DNA of 64,000 nucleotides from an uncultured Acidobacteriota bacterium (GTDB taxonomy: Bacteria; Acidobacteriota; UBA6911): the NCBI GenBank assembly GCA_963827655.1, contig CAWHCF010000013.1:44201-108200 (forward strand), written 5' to 3'. The position numbers and the translations under genes are program-made. Within the stretch, counting starts at the first letter, position 1; each line of letters opens with the position of its first letter. The notes below the pieces were generated by a model, which was given only the letters and a program-made list of their open reading frames with translations, searched no databases and was not told where the DNA came from. Of this stretch, positions 51,934-64,000 are shown piece after piece.

Positions 51934-52888
51934 TCAGTATGCCAGAAGCAATCCGGCAATTGCAAGCGAGGCGCCCAGGAGGCCGGTCGTCAGCACAAGC
52001 AATGCGGCTCGCGGGAAGTCGCCCTCTTGCGCCGGCCGGAGGGTCGGAAGGATCTCCCAGCCAGATCTCGGTCACGAGCCGCCCGTCGGCCCAGATCGGA
52101 CCAACCAGCCGGCGCTGAATCGCCCCGGCAGTCGTGGCTTCGCTCCAGCCGGCGTTAGGCCCCGGGACCACGGCGTGTTGTTCCCAACCGATGCGCCAGC
52201 CTTTGCGGGCCGAACATCGGGGAATAAAGAGAGCGCTTGCTCCGAGCAGCAGCCAGCTCATGCGGGCGGGAGTCCAATTCATGAGGTCATCGGTTCGAGC
52301 GCCGCACCATCCAAAACGAGAGTATCGGGGCGTTTTGTAGCCGACCATCGAATCCATGGTGCTGACGACCTTGAACAGGACCAGTCCCGGCAGGCCGCCG
52401 AGCGCGTACCAGAATATGGGGCTGAGGAAACCATCGGTGAGGCTCTCGCTCAAACTCTCGATCGCCGCCCGGCGGCAGGCGGCAGCATCCAGCTTCGACG
52501 TATCGCGTCCGACCAGTTTGGCGATGGCAAGGCGTGCGTTGGCCGTATCTCCACGCTGGGCTGCTCTTTCGACAGCCCATCCGTGACGCAGGAGATCGCG
52601 CAGCGCGAGCAGACTGTAGATCAGGAAAATGTGAATGGCCGCCGCAGCCATGCCGTGCAGGCGCGCGAAAAGCGCCCAGGTGCCGCCTACCCAAAGGGCC
52701 GCCAGTAGTAGAAAGAGCAGGATGCCCCCCAGGTAGCCGTCGAGACCGATCCGCCGCAATAGCCTCTCGAAGCCGGTCAGGGTCGAGCCCATCAGACGAA
52801 CCGGATGCGCGGCGTAAGTCGGATCCCCCAGGGCCAGGTCCAGAAGCACGCCGGCCCCGAGAAACCAGGGATTGGGCATCAAGTTCAT
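51934..52888 (-). CDS. cbiB: Adenosylcobinamide-phosphate synthase (CbiB/CobD), frameshift near 52025
   Basis: D..LGDP...HPV, LVGRDT, IESLSE...DG..SP, DSMVGYK, FGW..AR.DD, PNAGWSE; alternative frame ends ..GLLLAY* at 51934. Confidence 0.92.
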
Positions 52889-54006
52889 GGTCGCCACTTT
52901 GCCGCCCAGCCGAGCGCTATGGCATGAAGCACCAGTCGCATCGGATCGGTATCGGTAAGCTGCGCGCGAAATTCCTCCCACAGATAAGGACGGGCCGAGA
53001 GGCTGGCGGACATCGTTGCCGCCTGCTGCCGCAGGACTTCTCGTGCCGCGCCTGGCGGAAGGGTTCCGTAGCGCACACGATCGAGTACGGCTGCGATGGC
53101 ATAGGCAGCCCCTCCGACGAGCGGCTCGTAGAACACCGACTTGCTGTTCTTGCGCAACAGATCCAGGTCCCTCTCGCCCAGCATGGGGGCGATGTCATCG
53201 AAGAACGTGTCTTCGTCTAATCCGAAGCGCACGAGCGCCGAGAAGATGCTCCGGCCAAAACTGGGTTCGAGCCCGTTTTGCCAGCGCAGCGCCTCGAGAG
53301 TTGCGTCCCGAACCGACCGCCCGATCAATTCGCCCAGTTTTACGTGGGGGCTGGCTGAGGTAAGGCGATACTCACCGTAAAGCGGCGCCGCGATCGCAAA
53401 CTGGTCCGTGCCCGTTCCCGTGGCCAGATCGCCTGAATAGAGACTGCGCACGGAGAGCCGTTGCAGCGTCGCGGCCTTGGCTTCGGTCATGGTAACAACA
53501 GCCCGCGCCATGGCGGGCTCGGCCAGCGGACGGTTGATCAGGAGCATGGTGTTGATCGTCCCGTCGAGCTTCTCCCAGCCCTTTTGACCTTCGCGCCAGA
53601 CGGCGGGATCGCCCGCGCAGGCGGCGTTGCCCTGGACACCGGCGGTTACCACTGCCGTTACTTCGACGCCGTCGTCTTCGCAGGTTACGACCGTGGCATA
53701 GTTCATGTTCGCCGCGGTTCCCATCAGCGCCACTTCGCCCGGGGGCAGGGCCATCTCGGCGCAAACCACGTCGTGATAGGCCTCCTGGCCGTGGGCGTGG
53801 ATGAGTTCGTGGCGCTCGTGATGCTGTGTGGCTTCACAACTCTGGTGGTTTGCCAGATATCGGACCTGATTCGTCTGTCCGCCGTTGCGGACGGACGTGC
53901 TGAGAACGAGCTGCTCTCCTGCGAGCACGGCGGTCAGGAAACGCCCGGCACGTTGGAGGCTAAAGGTAGCTGATTCATGAAGCAGCTCCCAGGTTAATCG
54001 GCTCAT
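52885..54006 (-). CDS. cbiZ: Adenosylcobinamide amidohydrolase
   Basis: LSTS..NGG, NH, MGTAANM, VTAGV.GNA, GTIN, TEAK, ATGTGTDQ, H.KLGELIG; extended C-terminus. Confidence 0.88.
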   Translation of the reverse strand: MSRLTWELLHESATFSLQRAGRFLTAVLAGEQLVLSTSVRNGGQTNQVRYLANHQSCEATQHHERHELIHAHGQEAYHDVVCAEMALPPGEVALMGTAANMNYATVVTCEDDGVEVTAVVTAGVQGNAACAGDPAVWREGQKGWEKLDGTINTMLLINRPLAEPAMARAVVTMTEAKAATLQRLSVRSLYSGDLATGTGTDQFAIAAPLYGEYRLTSASPHVKLGELIGRSVRDATLEALRWQNGLEPSFGRSIFSALVRFGLDEDTFFDDIAPMLGERDLDLLRKNSKSVFYEPLVGGAAYAIAAVLDRVRYGTLPPGAAREVLRQQAATMSASLSARPYLWEEFRAQLTDTDPMRLVLHAIALGWAAKWRP

Positions 54007-54034
54007 GGGCGAAGGGCCTTTCATCTTTGCGCAT

Positions 54035-54101
54035 TTCTTCGTGTCTTCGTGTCTTTGTGGTGACGAAAACAAATACCACGAGGACACCAAGACACCAAGA
54101 A
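54035..54101. repeat. Nonamer-based palindromic element, family B
   Basis: TTCTTCGTGTCTTCGTGTCTTTGTGGT-GACGAAAACAAAT-ACCACGAGGACACCAAGACACCAAGAA. Confidence 0.85.
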
Positions 54102-54115
54102 TCGTGCATAAGACA

Positions 54116-56578
54116 CTATTCGTGACGGAGCGCGGTCATCGGATCGACACGGCTGGCACGGCGGGCCGGACCGTAGCAAGCGAGCAGGGCCACGAGGAGT
54201 AGGCACAGAGACACTGCCCCAAGAGTCCTCGGATCCGTCGCGGTCACACCATAGAGCTGGCTGGAAAGGAACCGCGTCAGCGCCACAGCCCCCGCGATCC
54301 CGAGCGCAACGCCGATCGAAGTCAACTTCAAGCCTTGCGCCACCACCATTGTGGTGACCTGGCCCGGCCGCGCCCCCAACGCCATGCGGACGCCGACTTC
54401 CTGAGTCCGCTGGCTCACCGTGTAGGAGATCACGCCGTAGATGCCGGTGGCGGAGAGCAAGGTCGCCAGCGCGGCGAACGCTGTCAGCAGCTGCATCATC
54501 AGGCGACGCTCCGAGAGAGCCCAGGCCGGCACCTCTTCCATGGTTCGAACAAAAGATACGGGCTGGTCGGGATCAACCTCCCATACTTTGCGTTGGACTG
54601 CGCTTGCCAGGCCCAGGGGGTCACGCGCGGTGCGGACCACCAGGTGCATCATCCGAGAAGGACTTTGTTGATAGGGAAGATAGAGGACCGGAGATCCTTC
54701 TTCCCAGAGTCCGTCTCCGCGGATCGTGCCGACCACGCCGACTACCGTAATCCAGGCGTGCTTCAAGTGGGCGTGCCAGGGGCTCTCCGAGTCGAGCGGG
54801 TCGAACCGGAACCGCTTTCCAATCGGCTCCTCGCCCGGCCAATAGCGCCGGGCCAGCTTTTCATCAATCACTGCGACGGCAGGGGCTTCGGCTGAATCCC
54901 AGGCCGTCAGATATCGCCCTCTCAGGAGGGGGATCTGCATGGACTGCAAGTATCCCGGCGTAACGACATAGTAGAGCGCGCCCGGCCTTCCTTCCGGAAG
55001 CGGAATCGGCTTGCCTTCGATGGTGAACGTCCAACCGATACCAACCTCGCTGAGATGAAGAAAGTTGATCGCATTGCTGGAAGTTGTCCCGGGCAAGTTT
55101 TCTAGCCCCTCGACGATCCGCCGGTAAAAGTTCGCGACTTCATGCGGCTCGGCATACTTTTTTTCTGGAGGCCAGATCTGCATGGTAAGGACATTTCCTG
55201 TGTTGAGTCCTCGATCGATTTGCTGCAGGGTCCAGAGACTGCGGATCATAAGGCCGGCGCCAATGGATAACGTTACAGCCAGGGCCACCTGAGAGACCAT
55301 GAGGACGTCCCGCATCCGGCGTCCCTTGGCGCCGCCGCTGGAACCTCGTCCACTCGCCTTCAGCGTCTCGCCCAGGTTCGGGCGGGATGCCTGCAAGGCC
55401 GGAAGCAGACCCAACAGAACCCCGGATAGTAGAGAGGCCCCGAGGCTGAAGGCAAACACCCTGGCGTCCAACCGGAGCGTCTCGATGCCGCCATAGAAGA
55501 ACGCCTCGAGCCGGGGGGTCAAGACCGTCACCAGAAGTTGCAGGCAGAGGACTCCCAAAACCAGCCCACCAACACAGCCGATGACGCCGAGCAGGAGGCT
55601 CTCCACCAGTAGTTGACGGATAAGGTTCGCACGGCTTGCGCCGAGCGCCGCCCGCAGCGCGATTTCCTGCCGCCGGCGCACGGCCCGGGCCAGTGTCAGA
55701 TTCGCCACGTTGGCGCAGGCGATCAAGAGAACAAAGCCGACGGCCGCAAACAGCAGCAGAATCTTCGGCCGGATCTCTTCCTTGGAAATGATGTCGGCGA
55801 CGACCAGGGTTCCCCATCCCTTGTTCTCTTTGGGGTATTGCTGCTCCAGGCTCCCGGCGATGGCGGCCATTTCCGCGCGGGCTCGCTCGATCGGTACGCC
55901 GGGCTTGAGGAGGCCGTGGACGATAATCGAGCGCGCGTCGCGGTTCAACTGGGAGGGCGTGAAGGCAAAGGGCATCCAGATCTCGACATTCTTGCCCAGG
56001 ATCGGATAAAACCAGAAATCCGGCGGCAAGACGCCGACGACCGTGAACGGCTCGGCATCTATGGAGACGGTCCTGCCGATGACCGCGGGGTCGGCGGCAA
56101 AGCGTCGCCGCCAAAAACCGTCAGTCAGGATTACGACGCGGTCGCGGCCGGGCTGCTCCTCTTCGGAACGAAAATCGCGGCCCAGCGCGGGTTGAATCCC
56201 GAGCAACGCGAAAAAACCGGGCGAGACGCGCATGCCGTGAAGCTGTTCAGGATTGCCTGGTCCGGCCAGTGTGTAGAACCAGAAGCGCGCCGCGGTGAGG
56301 CGTTCAAAGGATGTGTTGTGCTCGCGCCAATGGAGAAAGTCCAACGGCGATACGGGTACTCGCGTCCAGCCCTTGCCCGGGTTGGTTGCCCAAACCTGGA
56401 CCAGCCGGTCCCGATTCGGGAACGGCAAGGGTCGGAGCAACATGCCGTTGACCACGCTGAACATCGCGGTGTTGGAGCCGATCCCCACCGCCAGGGTCAA
56501 AGCCGCTAGCACGCAAAACCCCGGACTCTTGACCAGAGTTCGGGCGCCATAGCGAAGATCTCGCAGCAGAGCGCTCAC
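54116..56578 (-). CDS. ADOP-family duplicated ABC permease
   Basis: DLRYGAR.L.KSPGF, IGSNTAMFS, LLIACANVANL, EVGVRMALGA, PARRASRVDPMTALRHE. Confidence 0.92.
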   Translation of the reverse strand: MSALLRDLRYGARTLVKSPGFCVLAALTLAVGIGSNTAMFSVVNGMLLRPLPFPNRDRLVQVWATNPGKGWTRVPVSPLDFLHWREHNTSFERLTAARFWFYTLAGPGNPEQLHGMRVSPGFFALLGIQPALGRDFRSEEEQPGRDRVVILTDGFWRRRFAADPAVIGRTVSIDAEPFTVVGVLPPDFWFYPILGKNVEIWMPFAFTPSQLNRDARSIIVHGLLKPGVPIERARAEMAAIAGSLEQQYPKENKGWGTLVVADIISKEEIRPKILLLFAAVGFVLLIACANVANLTLARAVRRRQEIALRAALGASRANLIRQLLVESLLLGVIGCVGGLVLGVLCLQLLVTVLTPRLEAFFYGGIETLRLDARVFAFSLGASLLSGVLLGLLPALQASRPNLGETLKASGRGSSGGAKGRRMRDVLMVSQVALAVTLSIGAGLMIRSLWTLQQIDRGLNTGNVLTMQIWPPEKKYAEPHEVANFYRRIVEGLENLPGTTSSNAINFLHLSEVGIGWTFTIEGKPIPLPEGRPGALYYVVTPGYLQSMQIPLLRGRYLTAWDSAEAPAVAVIDEKLARRYWPGEEPIGKRFRFDPLDSESPWHAHLKHAWITVVGVVGTIRGDGLWEEGSPVLYLPYQQSPSRMMHLVVRTARDPLGLASAVQRKVWEVDPDQPVSFVRTMEEVPAWALSERRLMMQLLTAFAALATLLSATGIYGVISYTVSQRTQEVGVRMALGARPGQVTTMVVAQGLKLTSIGVALGIAGAVALTRFLSSQLYGVTATDPRTLGAVSLCLLLVALLACYGPARRASRVDPMTALRHE

Positions 56579-56813
56579 GCGAATGTCTCAATCTCCGGCA
56601 CGCGGATAGGAAAGCAGCGACACATTTAGTCCCAGGCCGTGATCTTACGCCGATAGATCCGTCTTTTACAGTTCCGTTGCTTTCGGCCTTCTACAGTCCT
56701 GTGGAGTTCTCTGATTCCCGTCGAGGCGCCGCCGCACGCGAGAGAAATCTGATCATTCGGTCGCTTCCACCAATTCGATGTAAGATGCCGCCGGCTAAAA
56801 AGGGAATTAGAAG

Positions 56814-57320
56814 ATGCCCCGGAAACCTAAAGCCAGTCGGCCCCACATGCCTGAGTATGGCATTCTGGACGAGAACAGCGGTAAAGGACTGCTGCCGTGG
56901 AAGTGGGCCAGGGAACGCCTGTCAAAAACGCCGTACTACTGGCTGTCCACGGTTCGCCAGGACGGCCGACCGCACGCAATGGTGGTTTGGGGAATATGGG
57001 TCGAAGACGCGCTGTACTTCAGCACGGGGCGGCAATCGCGGAAGTCGAAAAATCTTCAGAGAAATCCGAGGTGTGCGGTGAGCGTTCAATCCACCGATGA
57101 CGCGCTCGTCGTCGAAGGAACTGCGTCGGAAACGCGGGACAAAGCATTGATCAAGCGCCTTTCCAAATTATACAAGGCCAAGTATGGAATGCCTCTGGAT
57201 ACGAGCCTTGGTCCCGTTTATGTCGTGAAGCCCTCGGTCGTGTTCGGTTTCATTGGCGCGAGTCACGAAGACGACGTCAAGGGTGATTTCGAAGCTGCCG
57301 CCACGCGCTGGAAGTTCTAG
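56814..57320 (+). CDS. Pyridoxamine 5'-phosphate oxidase-like flavin-binding protein
   Basis: YWLSTVR.DGRPH...WG.W, S.K.KNL..NP, VVEG.A, TRW.F. Confidence 0.82.
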   Translation: MPRKPKASRPHMPEYGILDENSGKGLLPWKWARERLSKTPYYWLSTVRQDGRPHAMVVWGIWVEDALYFSTGRQSRKSKNLQRNPRCAVSVQSTDDALVVEGTASETRDKALIKRLSKLYKAKYGMPLDTSLGPVYVVKPSVVFGFIGASHEDDVKGDFEAAATRWKF

Positions 57321-57329
57321 CTTTCTCGA

Positions 57330-57808
57330 TCATGAAAAGGACGACGGCCCCTGGGGCGGTTCCGTCGAGCGTCCCAATTTCCATCCACTGAAGGGCTTCA
57401 CCGTTCCACAGGTTGGTCCACCGTCCCTTCCGGTGCCGGGGACCCGAGCTTCGAGTACGGCTTTGGAATCATTCACCAATCGATCGATCATCCCCCAAGT
57501 AATACCGCTGAGTGGGATCTTCAGCCGGCGACTCCAGCATGAGTCGGTTTGGCCCGCACAGGTGCCAACGTCGATGTAGACGAATCGTTCATCCAGGTGG
57601 ACCCTGTACGAGTGGGCCAAGAAAAGTCGGCATGACAGCCTTGCTGCCGGCTTTTACGTCGTACGGTGAATTCGAAGTACAGATCTTTGGCTTGTGATCG
57701 TTGCTTCTGGATGGTCTCATAAGCGGAGCCCCGGCCCTTTTGCAAACCGAAGTCCACGCCGGCGGGCGGTTTCTCCAGGACGATCCGAAGCGCCAATTCG
57801 TGTTCCAT
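57330..57808 (-). CDS. DUF5990-family protein, frameshifted
   Basis: LRIVLE.PP.GV.FGLQKG; RFVYI..G, SRRLKIPL, GGP.CGT across frames. Confidence 0.65.
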
Positions 57809-57986
57809 ATTCATCCTGTCAGAGTGCGGTTGCCAAGAGAGCGACAGCAAATCTGAAATGCGTGTCCCGCGCGCTCGGCATCGTCCTGGCACCATCTTTA
57901 AGATCGTCTCCGGCGACGAAGAAGGTTGCAGCGGCTCATCCGACGGCGGGCGACACGCAGTTTTTGGTGTCGACGCGCTGGGCGGT

Positions 57987-58391
57987 TCATTCGCTCGCTT
58001 CCTTCGGCGTGGGCCGGGGGAACGGACCCTTTCCCGGCCACACGAAGTGCCGCCCGTATGCTTCCTCAAGGTTCGGGTCCCCGGACTTCGTGAAACGGAG
58101 CCGCTGCTTCGGTCCCTTGCCCCAGCGCATATAAACGGTGCCGGAGGGCACGAGCTTGAGCTCGTGTGCGTGGAACCGGAGGATCCGCAATAATCGCGAG
58201 AGGCGCGCAAGGTTGCAGTGGATGACCCGCTCCAAGTAGGGCACCCGACCTAGCCGCCAGTCCTCGAGGTGCTCGGCCTTCAGCAGCCCCATCGCGACCA
58301 GCACGTCAACTGGTGCCACGACCTTTCCACGCTCAAGGATCGTTGCCACTGCGCGCGCGATGCGCGGGTAGAGGGGATCTTTGAGGTACAT
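57987..58391 (-). CDS. Hypothetical protein
   Basis: 134 aa with coherent composition: VAPVDVL, EDWR.GRVPYLERV, LRFTKSG....E.AY. Confidence 0.6.
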   Translation of the reverse strand: MYLKDPLYPRIARAVATILERGKVVAPVDVLVAMGLLKAEHLEDWRLGRVPYLERVIHCNLARLSRLLRILRFHAHELKLVPSGTVYMRWGKGPKQRLRFTKSGDPNLEEAYGRHFVWPGKGPFPRPTPKEASE

Positions 58392-58437
58392 AACCTACCG
58401 ACAGCAGGTTGCCGAGTCTTGCCGCGCGCGGGACCCG

Positions 58438-61298
<2,861 letters not shown>

Positions 61299-61482
61299 GT
61301 GTACCTCCTTCGAGTGTCGGGCAGCGGGCTGAGTGCGTTACCTCATTCAAGAAGAATTCTCTGATGACAAGGTGTCGACTTGGCTGGACATGGATCTCGA
61401 GGCGTTAACGAAATGCATCATGCGACAACGAGAGGTATCTACAGAAATGAGCGCTTAAACGGGGAATCACTGTAGATTATTG

Positions 61483-61580
61483 TGGCGGAGGTGCATGGGA
61501 ATCGAACCCACCGAACCCACCTTCCGGTGAATCCCACTGGATTTGAAGTCCAGGCCAGCCACCAGGCCAGATTCACCTCC
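61483..61580 (-). tRNA. selC: tRNA-Sec (anticodon UCA)
   Basis: Extended acceptor stem, 6-bp D stem with UGGU loop, CUGGA-CUUCAAA-UCCAG anticodon arm, long variable arm, GUUCGAUUC, GCCA end. Confidence 0.93.
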
Positions 61581-61754
61581 GCAACCGAGCGATTTTAGCA
61601 GAACAAGGCTGCTTGGCAAGGAGGGGACGAAGCGCAAGTCCGGTCGCTGTGATGAATCTGACGATTATTTTGAGCACCCACCACTGAGTCCACCGTTTCA
61701 TAAATACGGCAGGTAATGTATTCCGGTGGCCCGTTTAGTGCGCGAGCGTGCTTG

Positions 61755-61812
61755 GCGCAAGGCGAAGCGAGTTTCGCCAGACAAGGCAGTAGCAAGCTGC
61801 CGAACGCGCAAA
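61755..61812 (-). repeat. Dispersed REP-like element, family A copy 4
   Basis: Reverse complement CGGCAGCTTGCTACTGCCTTGTCTGGCGAAACTCGCTTCGCCTTG resembles the 15974 copy. Confidence 0.65.
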
Positions 61813-61906
61813 TGACGTTAGTGATTGCGCAACGGGTGTACAAGGTTCGAAGACGCTGGGAGGAACGAAGCCTGTCGCTGGAATGAGAATCACGTCTGAG
61901 CGCTGC

Positions 61907-61936
61907 TTGACGGACCCTGGATGGGATGTGTAGAGT
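61907..61936 (+). promoter_or_regulatory. sigma70 promoter of tRNA-Ala
   Basis: TTGACG-18 nt-TAGAGT, 10 nt before the tRNA. Confidence 0.6.
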
Positions 61937-61946
61937 TATGGGCCGT

Positions 61947-62022
61947 GGGGCTGTAGCTCAGCTGGGAGAGTGCCTGACTGGCAGTCAGGAGGTCGCGAGT
62001 TCGATCCTCGCCAGCTCCACCA
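61947..62022 (+). tRNA. tRNA-Ala (GGC)
   Basis: GGGGCTGTAGCTCAGCTGGGAGAG, CCTGA-CTGGCAG-TCAGG, G3:U70 pair, CCA end; 76 nt. Confidence 0.97.
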
Positions 62023-62032
62023 ATTTTCTCAA

Positions 62033-62711
62033 TCAGTTAGAGTGACCCGCCTGATTTTGAAATTTCCACTGTGTCAGTTTTTGTGTCAGTTCGAAGGGCA
62101 GAATCAGGATGTTGACTGCCCGCGCCTTGTGCTTGGGCGAAAGGTGAGAGTAGCGCTCGGTCATCCTGGTGTCGGCATGCCCGAGCAGCTCAGAAACCGT
62201 CTTGAGATCGACGCCATTCATAATAAGGTAACTGGCGAAGGTATGCCTGGAGTCGTGCAGGCGGAAGTTTTCGATATTGGCTTTCCGGAGCGTCGTATGG
62301 AATTGTGTCTTCACATCGGTTAGTCTGTCGCCGGTTTTGGGCGAGGGGAAGACATAGCCACGCTTGAAACGCGAGGGAAGTCCCCGCAGTGTTATTGGCT
62401 ACAGTCTCATCCATTGGGATATCCCGAGGATCGCCACTCTTCGAATCCCTGAACTGTGATTAGGCGGTTCGTGAAGTCAAGGTCCTCCCAGCGCAAATTG
62501 AACAACTCTCCCCTGCGAAGGCCGCTGTGAAGAGCAGTGAGCGCGAAAGGCCGGAAACTGTCGCGGCACGCTTTCAAAAATCGGCTGAGCTCGTCCTGGC
62601 TAAGGAATCGCTTTCGCTGGTACTTTTTTTCCTTCGTTCTTTTGATCGCAGCAACGGGGTTATCCCCAACGAGAGCTGGTTTGTCCTTGCCATCTGAACG
62701 ATATCCCCTCC
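62033..62711 (-). pseudogene. Tyrosine recombinase/integrase C-terminal part, interrupted by an IS and frameshifted
   Basis: NPV, RFLS..E, SGLRRGEL..L.W.D, HDSRHTFAS, LLGH, T.RY.H; converges on the tRNA-Ala 3' end. Confidence 0.85.
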
Positions 62712-64000
62712 TGTCTGTCGCCAATAATCCATCGCCCCAGTCTTCGTGCTGTCGAAATCAAAGAACTGCCGGGAAGTCTAATTCGTAAAAAACTCAGGAT
62801 ACGCCTCGGGATGCAAACAAACCTCGGGAATCCTCTGCACCAGCAGACACTGATCCGTTTCAGCCCAAGATGATCTGCACCAAGAAAGAGGCCTCTTCAG
62901 GCAGCCTGCTGCCAGTCGTATCGATGATGCAAGCCGCCGATGCGCGGCAACGAGACCAAACGCGCAGATTGGCCCGGCTTAAAGGAAACAGGCCGCATTG
63001 CCGGTGTGTCTTTCTCAAGAGAGTCATGGATCCGGTCCGCATGATAATAGGAGATGTAATCGCGGATCAGACGACGCAAATGAGCGTCATTGAGGACGAT
63101 CACGTGATCGAGAAGCTCTCTGCGACAGCTTCCGATCCAGCGTTCGGCAATCCCATTCTGCCAAGGACTTGCAGCGCTTGTGCGGGTGGGTTTCATGCCG
63201 CTGGATGTAAGCAGCTCGGCTACCTCCCCTCCAAACTTGCCGTCACGATCAAGAATCGCGTAGCGATACTGACAAGATTCCCGAAAGGTCTCCCTCAGCT
63301 GTTGCACAATCCAAGGGCCAGTCGGGTGTTCCGTCACATTGAAATGGAGGATTCTGCGTCGGCCATGCTCGATGACGAAGAAACAATACAAGACTCGGAA
63401 CGTCAGGGTCGGCACCGTGAAGAAGTCCATGGCCGCAATGATCTCGCGTTGATTGCGAAGGAAAGCAGCCCAAAGCCTGCCGGCGTTCAGGGGAGGAGAC
63501 AGGCGCCTGAGATAGCGGGACACGGTACGTTCGGAGACGTCCAATCCGAGTTTCAGAAGCTCCCCGTGAATTCTCGGAGCGCCCCAGCCTGGATTCTCCT
63601 ATGCCATCCGCCGGATGAGAGCTCGAACCTCGGCATTGATTATCGGCCTGCCAGCGCTCTTTGCTCGCGATCGAAGACGCCAGAACAAACGAAAGCCAGT
63701 CCGATGCCAGGCGGCAACGGTTTCTGGTTTGACGATGACCAGGACATTGCTCCATGCAGGCCAAAGACGGCGGAGCAGAATCCAGAATATTCGGTCTTCC
63801 ACTCGAAGCCGAGGGCGAGGATGTTTTCGCTTGAGTACGCGCAACTGCTGACGGAGGGCAAGGATCTCCAGGCCGAGGCTGTAACGAGAACGGAAAAAGG
63901 CATTGAGGAAGGCGAGGAAGCCAATGAGAAATGAAATCATAGGCCCGGATTTATAGCATAGTCGTCCATCCCGACGTCCGCGTTAACTGCTTGAATTTGC
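62712..64000 (-). mobile_element. Insertion sequence with rve/DDE transposase (IS481/IS3-like); transposase 62897-63940 has an in-frame TAG
   Basis: LALRQQL, WGAPRIHGEL, DFFTV, DRD.KF, SPWQN..AER, GGLHH.Y. Probable end TGTCTGTCGCCAATAATCCATC at 62712; the other end lies outside the window. Confidence 0.8.

Noticed and set aside
63599-63601. In-frame stop in the transposase as recoding by the nearby tRNA-Sec
   Set aside because: The stop is UAG, not UGA, and no pyrrolysine genes are seen; a nonsense mutation or base error is simpler.

Overview
A GC-rich bacterial chromosomal window, most likely Acidobacteriota. This is inferred from Oar-type TonB-dependent receptors, two ADOP duplicated permeases (one with a PadR gene), an 'xPERW' Ser/Thr kinase beside a TIGR02999-type ECF sigma factor, and a PSD1/DUF1501 pair. 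In order it holds: a BamA-like gene; catabolic enzymes; an ECF sigma / kinase-AAA_35 / AAA_35-TM-WD40 STAND-like locus; TonB-dependent receptors flanking a SLOG-TIR gene; sugar isomerase and MFS genes; a TIR-DUF1566 gene whose 3' end looks like a DGR variable region; three TA-like modules; an 11-kb corrinoid salvage cluster with an internal cobalamin riboswitch; a GH63 glucosidase; tRNA-Sec; and tRNA-Ala followed by an IS-interrupted integrase. Many genes carry single-base indels, very densely at 9.2-13.9 kb. These look like uncorrected long-read errors, so several CDSs were rebuilt by eye across frames and their ends are approximate. All family calls come from motif recognition, not database searches.
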